DNA of 10,224 nucleotides from a virus (Duplodnaviria; Heunggongvirae; Uroviricota; Caudoviricetes): IMG/VR virus record IMGVR_UViG_2526164649_000017; one strand, 5' to 3'. Shown piece by piece: positions 6,754 to 10,224 of this stretch (position 1 is its first letter; each line of letters starts with the position of its first letter). The notes under the pieces were generated by a model. It saw only the letters and a program-made list of their open reading frames with translations, ran no database searches and was not told where the DNA came from. The position numbers and the translations under genes were made by a program.

Positions 6754-7056
6754 TTAACGCGTATTTTTCAGCGACTCCTGTGCAAAATACGCTGTTGCTT
6801 TTTTTAATATATCGCGCTCAAGGTGAGCTTCATTTAACGCCTTACGCAGTTGCAGAATTTCAGATTCCAGTTCAGCCACCGTGCGGGAACCAGGAGTACC
6901 GAGCCCTTTTCTGGCGGCGGTAACCCATTGTCCTAAAGTGCCTTCAGGAAGAGATAATCGGGAAGCGCCTTCACTGATCGAAAGTTGATTTTCAAGAACC
7001 GTTCTGACAGCTTCGGCTTTGAACTCTTTAGAGTAACGTTGGGTTTTTCTGCTCAT
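6754..7056 (-). CDS. IS600-like OrfA (HTH/leucine-zipper transposition regulator), intact
   Basis: 100-aa ORF MSRKTQRYSKEFKAEAVRTV...; ends shortly after the A7G slippery site (plus-strand CTTTTTTT 6798-6805). Confidence 0.85.
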   Translation of the reverse strand: MSRKTQRYSKEFKAEAVRTVLENQLSISEGASRLSLPEGTLGQWVTAARKGLGTPGSRTVAELESEILQLRKALNEAHLERDILKKATAYFAQESLKNTR

Positions 7057-7120
7057 TATTAGCTCCTTCTGATGCCATTCTATTTCAGGAAGGAGTGTCC
7101 GTTAAACTCAGGCTACCTCA

Positions 7121-7223
7121 GACATCAATCATCTGTTCTCCAATGACTAGTCTAAAAACTAGTATTAAGACTATCACTTAAATAAGTGATACTGGTTGTC
7201 TGGAGATTCAGGGGGCCAGTCTA
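7121..7223 (-). mobile_element. IS2 left-end fragment (about 103 bp incl. IRL), inverted
   Basis: Reverse complement reads TAGACTGGCCCCCTGAATCTCCAGACAACCAGTATCACTT...GGAGAACAGATGATTGATGTC, i.e. the IS2 left terminus through the first codons of insC; abuts IS600 copy A. Confidence 0.85.
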
Positions 7224-7729
7224 ATGATCATCAATGCATCTGTTGGAATTGCTTTGTTAAACAATAACGTCTGTACTAAATATCCTGCAAGGAAAGTCTG
7301 AATTAAACCGGAGTTACCCGCCTGACCAAAACGCAGCCCTGTTGCCAGCCAGAAGGATTTGCTCTGGAACATGCTACCAGCAGGTGCAGGTTTTGCTGTC
7401 GGTTGGTTGCTGTCGTTAACCTTCTCAAAGACCGGGCTTTCTTTCAGATTCATACGCAACCAGATAGCAAAGACCATCACGACAACGCTCGCCAGGAACG
7501 GTATACGCCATCCCCACGCCAGCAGTTCCTCTTTACTGAGAATGAAGAACATAAAGGCCCAGATTGCCGTTGCGCTTAAGGTGCCGCAGTTAGTTCCCAT
7601 AGCCACAAATGAGGAGATAATTCCGCGCTTACCTTTTGGCGCATATTCCGCCAGCATCGTACCGGCACCGGAAATTTCCGCACCTGCACCCAATCCCTGA
7701 ATAATACGCAGCGTCACCAGCAAGATGGG
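7224..7729 (-). pseudogene. MFS transporter fragment (metabolite:H+ symporter family-like), truncated at both ends
   Basis: About 168 in-frame codons with RIIQGLGAGAEISG and AEYAPKGKRG motifs resembling the MHS-family signature (compare ProP/KgtP/ShiA) and hydrophobic TM segments. N-terminal side cut by IS600 copy B, C-terminal side by the IS2 IRL. Confidence 0.7.
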
Positions 7730-7793
7730 TGAGGTAGCCTGAGTTTAACGGACACTCCTTCCTGAAATAGAATGGCATCAGAAGGAGCTAATA

Positions 7794-8097
7794 ATGAGCA
7801 GAAAAACCCAACGTTACTCTAAAGAGTTCAAAGCCGAAGCTGTCAGAACGGTTCTTGAAAATCAACTTTCGATCAGTGAAGGCGCTTCCCGATTATCTCC
7901 TTCCTGAAGGCACTTTAGGACAATGGGTTACCGCCGCCAGAAAAGGGCTCGGTACTCCTGGTTCCCGCACGGTGGCTGAACTGGAATCTGAAATTCTGCA
8001 ACTGCGTAAGGCGTTAAATGAAGCTCGCCTTGAGCGCGATATATTAAAAAAAGCAACAGCGTATTTTGCACAGGAGTCGCTGAAAAATACGCGTTAA
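7794..8097 (+). pseudogene. IS600-like orfA disrupted by a 1-bp insertion
   Basis: ATG at 7794 reads MSRKTQ...EGASRLSPS-stop because CTCCTTCC (7897-7904) has one more C than copy A (CTCTTCC). The 80-aa ORF in the track (7855-8097) is the out-of-frame remainder. Confidence 0.7.
8046..8053 (+). other. Programmed -1 ribosomal frameshift motif (A7G) of IS600-like element
   Basis: AAAAAAAG at the orfA/orfB overlap in copy B; the equivalent in copy A is plus-strand 6798-6805. IS3-family frameshifting is established knowledge. Confidence 0.6.
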
Positions 8098-8132
8098 TCG
8101 AACAATGGCGACAACAATTTCCCATTGAAGCG

Positions 8133-8951
8133 ATGTGTCAGGTATTTGGTGTATCCAGGAGCGGTTATTACAACTGGGTACAGCATGAACCCTCAGACAG
8201 AAAACAAAGTGATGAGCGGCTAAAACTGGAGATTAAGGTGGCACATATCCGCACTCGCGAAACATATGGAACCCGGCGGCTCCAGACGGAGCTGGCAGAG
8301 AATGGCATCATCGTTGGTCGTGACCGACTGGCACGTCTTCGTAAGGAGCTAAGGCTACGCTGTAAGCAGAAACGCAAGTTCAGAGCGACTACGAACCCGA
8401 ACCACAATCTGCCAGTTGCGCCAAATCTGCTGAACCAGACGTTCGCTCCTACAGCACCAAATCAGGTCTGGGTGGCGGACCTGACGTATGTTGCCACACA
8501 GGAGGGATGGTTGTACCTCGCTGGCATCAAAGATGTTTATACGTGTGAAATTGTCGGCTACGCCATGGGAGAGCGCATGACAAAAGAGCTGACAGGTAAA
8601 GCCCTGTTTATGGCGCTCAGGAGCCAGCGCCCACCTGCCGGGCTAATCCACCACTCTGATCGAGGTTCACAGTACTGCGCATACGATTACCGGGTCATAC
8701 AGGAGCAGTCTGGTCTGAAAACATCAATGTCGCGTAAAGGTAACTGTTACGACAACGCTCCGATGGAAAGCTTCTGGGGAACGCTGAAAAATGAGAGCCT
8801 GAGCCACTATCGTTTTAATAACCGGGATGAAGCCATCTCAGTAATACGGGAATACATTGAGATTTTCTACAATCGTCAGCGTCGTCACTCTCGTCTGGGG
8901 AATATCTCCCCGGCAGCCTTCAGGGAAAAATATCATCAGATGGCTGCTTAA
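8133..8951 (+). CDS. IS600-like transposase OrfB
   Basis: 272-aa ORF identical in protein sequence to the copy at 5900-6718. Confidence 0.85.
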   Translation: MCQVFGVSRSGYYNWVQHEPSDRKQSDERLKLEIKVAHIRTRETYGTRRLQTELAENGIIVGRDRLARLRKELRLRCKQKRKFRATTNPNHNLPVAPNLLNQTFAPTAPNQVWVADLTYVATQEGWLYLAGIKDVYTCEIVGYAMGERMTKELTGKALFMALRSQRPPAGLIHHSDRGSQYCAYDYRVIQEQSGLKTSMSRKGNCYDNAPMESFWGTLKNESLSHYRFNNRDEAISVIREYIEIFYNRQRRHSRLGNISPAAFREKYHQMAA

Positions 8952-8995
8952 AAAAGAACAAATGGTAGTGTCCGCTATTGCCAGTACACCTCAAG

Positions 8996-9361
8996 ATGAT
9001 TGATGTCTTAGGGCCGGAGAAACGCAGACGGCGTACCACACAGGAAAAGATCGCAATTGTTCAGCAGAGCTTTGAACCGGGGATGACGGTCTCCCTCGTT
9101 GCCCGGCAACATGGTGTAGCAGCCAGCCAGTTATTTCTCTGGCGTAAGCAATACCAGGAAGGAAGTCTTACTGCTGTGGCCGCCGGAGAACAGGTTGTTC
9201 CTGCCTCTGAACTTGCTGCCGCCATGAAGCAGATTAAAGAACTCCAGCGCCTGCTCGGCAAGAAAACGATGGAAAATGAACTCCTCAAAGAAGCCGTTGA
9301 ATATGGACGGGCAAAAAAGTGGATAGCGCACGCGCCCTTATTGCCCGGGGATGGGGAGTAA
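8996..9361 (+). CDS. insC: IS2 InsC (OrfA)
   Basis: Reads [41 protein letters not shown]... from ATG 8996. The ORF-track start 8978 is an upstream in-frame TTG inside IS600. Confidence 0.85.
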
Positions 9362-10224
9362 GCTTAGTCAGCCGTTGTCTCCGGGTGTCGCGTGCGCAGT
9401 TGCACGTCATTCTCAGACGAACCGATGACTGGATGGATGGCCGCCGCAGTCGTCACACTGATGATACGGATGTGCTTCTCCGTATACACCATGTTATCGG
9501 AGAGCTGCCCACGTATGGTTATCGTCGGGTATGGGCGCTGCTTCGCAGACAGGCAGAACTTGATGGTATGCCTGCGATCAATGCCAAACGTGTTTACCGG
9601 ATCATGCGCCAGAATGCGCTGTTGCTTGAGCGAAAACCTGCTGTACCGCCATCGAAACGGGCACATACAGGCAGAGTAGCCGTGAAAGAAAGCAATCAGC
9701 GATGGTGCTCTGACGGGTTCGAGTTCTGCTGTGATAACGGAGAGAGACTGCGTGTCACGTTCGCGCTGGACTGCTGTGATCGTGAGGCACTGCACTGGGC
9801 GGTGACTACCGGCGGCTTCAACAGTGAAACAGTACAGGACGTCATGCTGGGAGCGGTGGAACGCCGCTTCGGCAACGATCTTCCGTCGTCTCCAGTGGAG
9901 TGGCTGACGGATAATGGTTCATGCTACCGGGCTAATGAAACACGCCAGTTCGCCCGGATGTTGGGACTTGAACCGAAGAACACGGCGGTGCGGAGTCCGG
10001 AGAGTAACGGAATAGCAGAGAGCTTCGTGAAAACGATAAAGCGTGACTACATCAGTATCATGCCCAAACCAGACGGGTTAACGGCAGCAAAGAACCTTGC
10101 AGAGGCGTTCGAGCATTATAACGAATGGCATCCGCATAGTGCGCTGGGTTATCGCTCGCCACGGGAATATCTGCGGCAGCGGGCTTGTAATGGGTTAAGT
10201 GATAACAGATGTCTGGAAATATAG
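9319..10224 (+). CDS. insD: IS2 InsD (OrfB transposase catalytic part)
   Basis: 301-aa ORF in the -1 frame relative to insC, overlapping it; [20 protein letters not shown]... with DDE-type integrase features. Stop TAG at 10222-10224. Confidence 0.85.

Larger units (their letters stand above)
5857..7120 (-). mobile_element. IS3-family insertion sequence, IS600-like, full length 1264 bp (copy A)
   Basis: Ends set by comparison with the inverted copy at 7730-8993; termini TGAGG...CCTCA; carries orfA and orfB with an A7G slippery site. Name from recalled IS600 OrfA/OrfB sequences and the 1264-bp length. Confidence 0.85.
7730..8993 (+). mobile_element. IS3-family insertion sequence, IS600-like, full length 1264 bp (copy B), inverted relative to copy A
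   Basis: Same termini as copy A. Differs at three positions: +1 C in orfA (about 7899), one A fewer in the A-run after the orfB stop (8950-8955), and a G/A substitution at 8027. Confidence 0.85.
8994..10224 (+). mobile_element. IS2, partial: lacks the first ~89 bp incl. IRL; right terminus lies just beyond the window
   Basis: Begins at AGATGATTGATGTCTTAGGGCCGGAG immediately after the IS600 copy B terminus; contains insC and insD recognised from memory; A6G frameshift motif at 9313-9319. Confidence 0.85.

Noticed and set aside
6444-6923. 79-aa and 65-aa ORFs antisense to IS600 (mirrored at 7928-8407)
   Set aside because: They occur identically in both IS copies only because the IS is duplicated; antisense to the transposase genes with no signals.
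5854-7123. GAC on both sides of IS600 copy A as a possible 3-bp target-site duplication
   Set aside because: Removing the IS would join the holin directly to IS2-internal sequence and would not restore the holin frame; a 3-bp match is expected by chance about 1 in 64.
7855-8097. 80-aa ORF reported in IS600 copy B
   Set aside because: It is the out-of-frame remainder of orfA after the 1-bp insertion, starting at a TTG; not an independent gene.
8978-8995. ORF-track insC start at 8978 (MPVHLK...)
   Set aside because: This TTG lies inside the IS600 terminus; the IS2 insC start is ATG 8996 (MIDVLGPEK...).
1-10224. CRISPR array or rRNA genes
   Set aside because: No short direct repeats with regular spacing and no rRNA-like sequence; the only long repeats are the IS600 copies.

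Overview
This window reads as an Escherichia/Shigella-type cryptic lambdoid prophage whose late region has been broken up by insertion sequences. All identifications rest on reading the sequence and recalled protein families; no database search was run. Left to right on the + strand: a Hok/Gef toxin gene (hokD/relF-like), rem-like, an unannotated 92-aa ORF, a ydfU-like DUF968 protein with an HNH-type motif, a RusA resolvase, and a 273-aa Q-like zinc-finger protein. A pR'-like promoter and terminator follow, then two phage-type tRNAs (Ile-CAU-like, Arg-UCU). Where Stx phages carry toxin cargo there is instead a ~2 kb AT-rich segment of small unknown ORFs, hairpins and terminators. An S21-type holin follows, cut at about codon 54 by a full-length IS600-like element. 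The right 4.4 kb is an IS mosaic: two inverted 1264-bp IS600-like copies bracket a 609-bp segment (inverted IS2 left end plus an MFS transporter fragment), followed by the rest of IS2 (insC/insD) running off the window. No CRISPR array, rRNA or stx genes are present. The most unusual points are the 14-bp overlap between the two IS2 junctions, the unknown cargo in the toxin slot, and the HNH-like and DnaJ-like zinc motifs in the ydfU-like and Q-like proteins.
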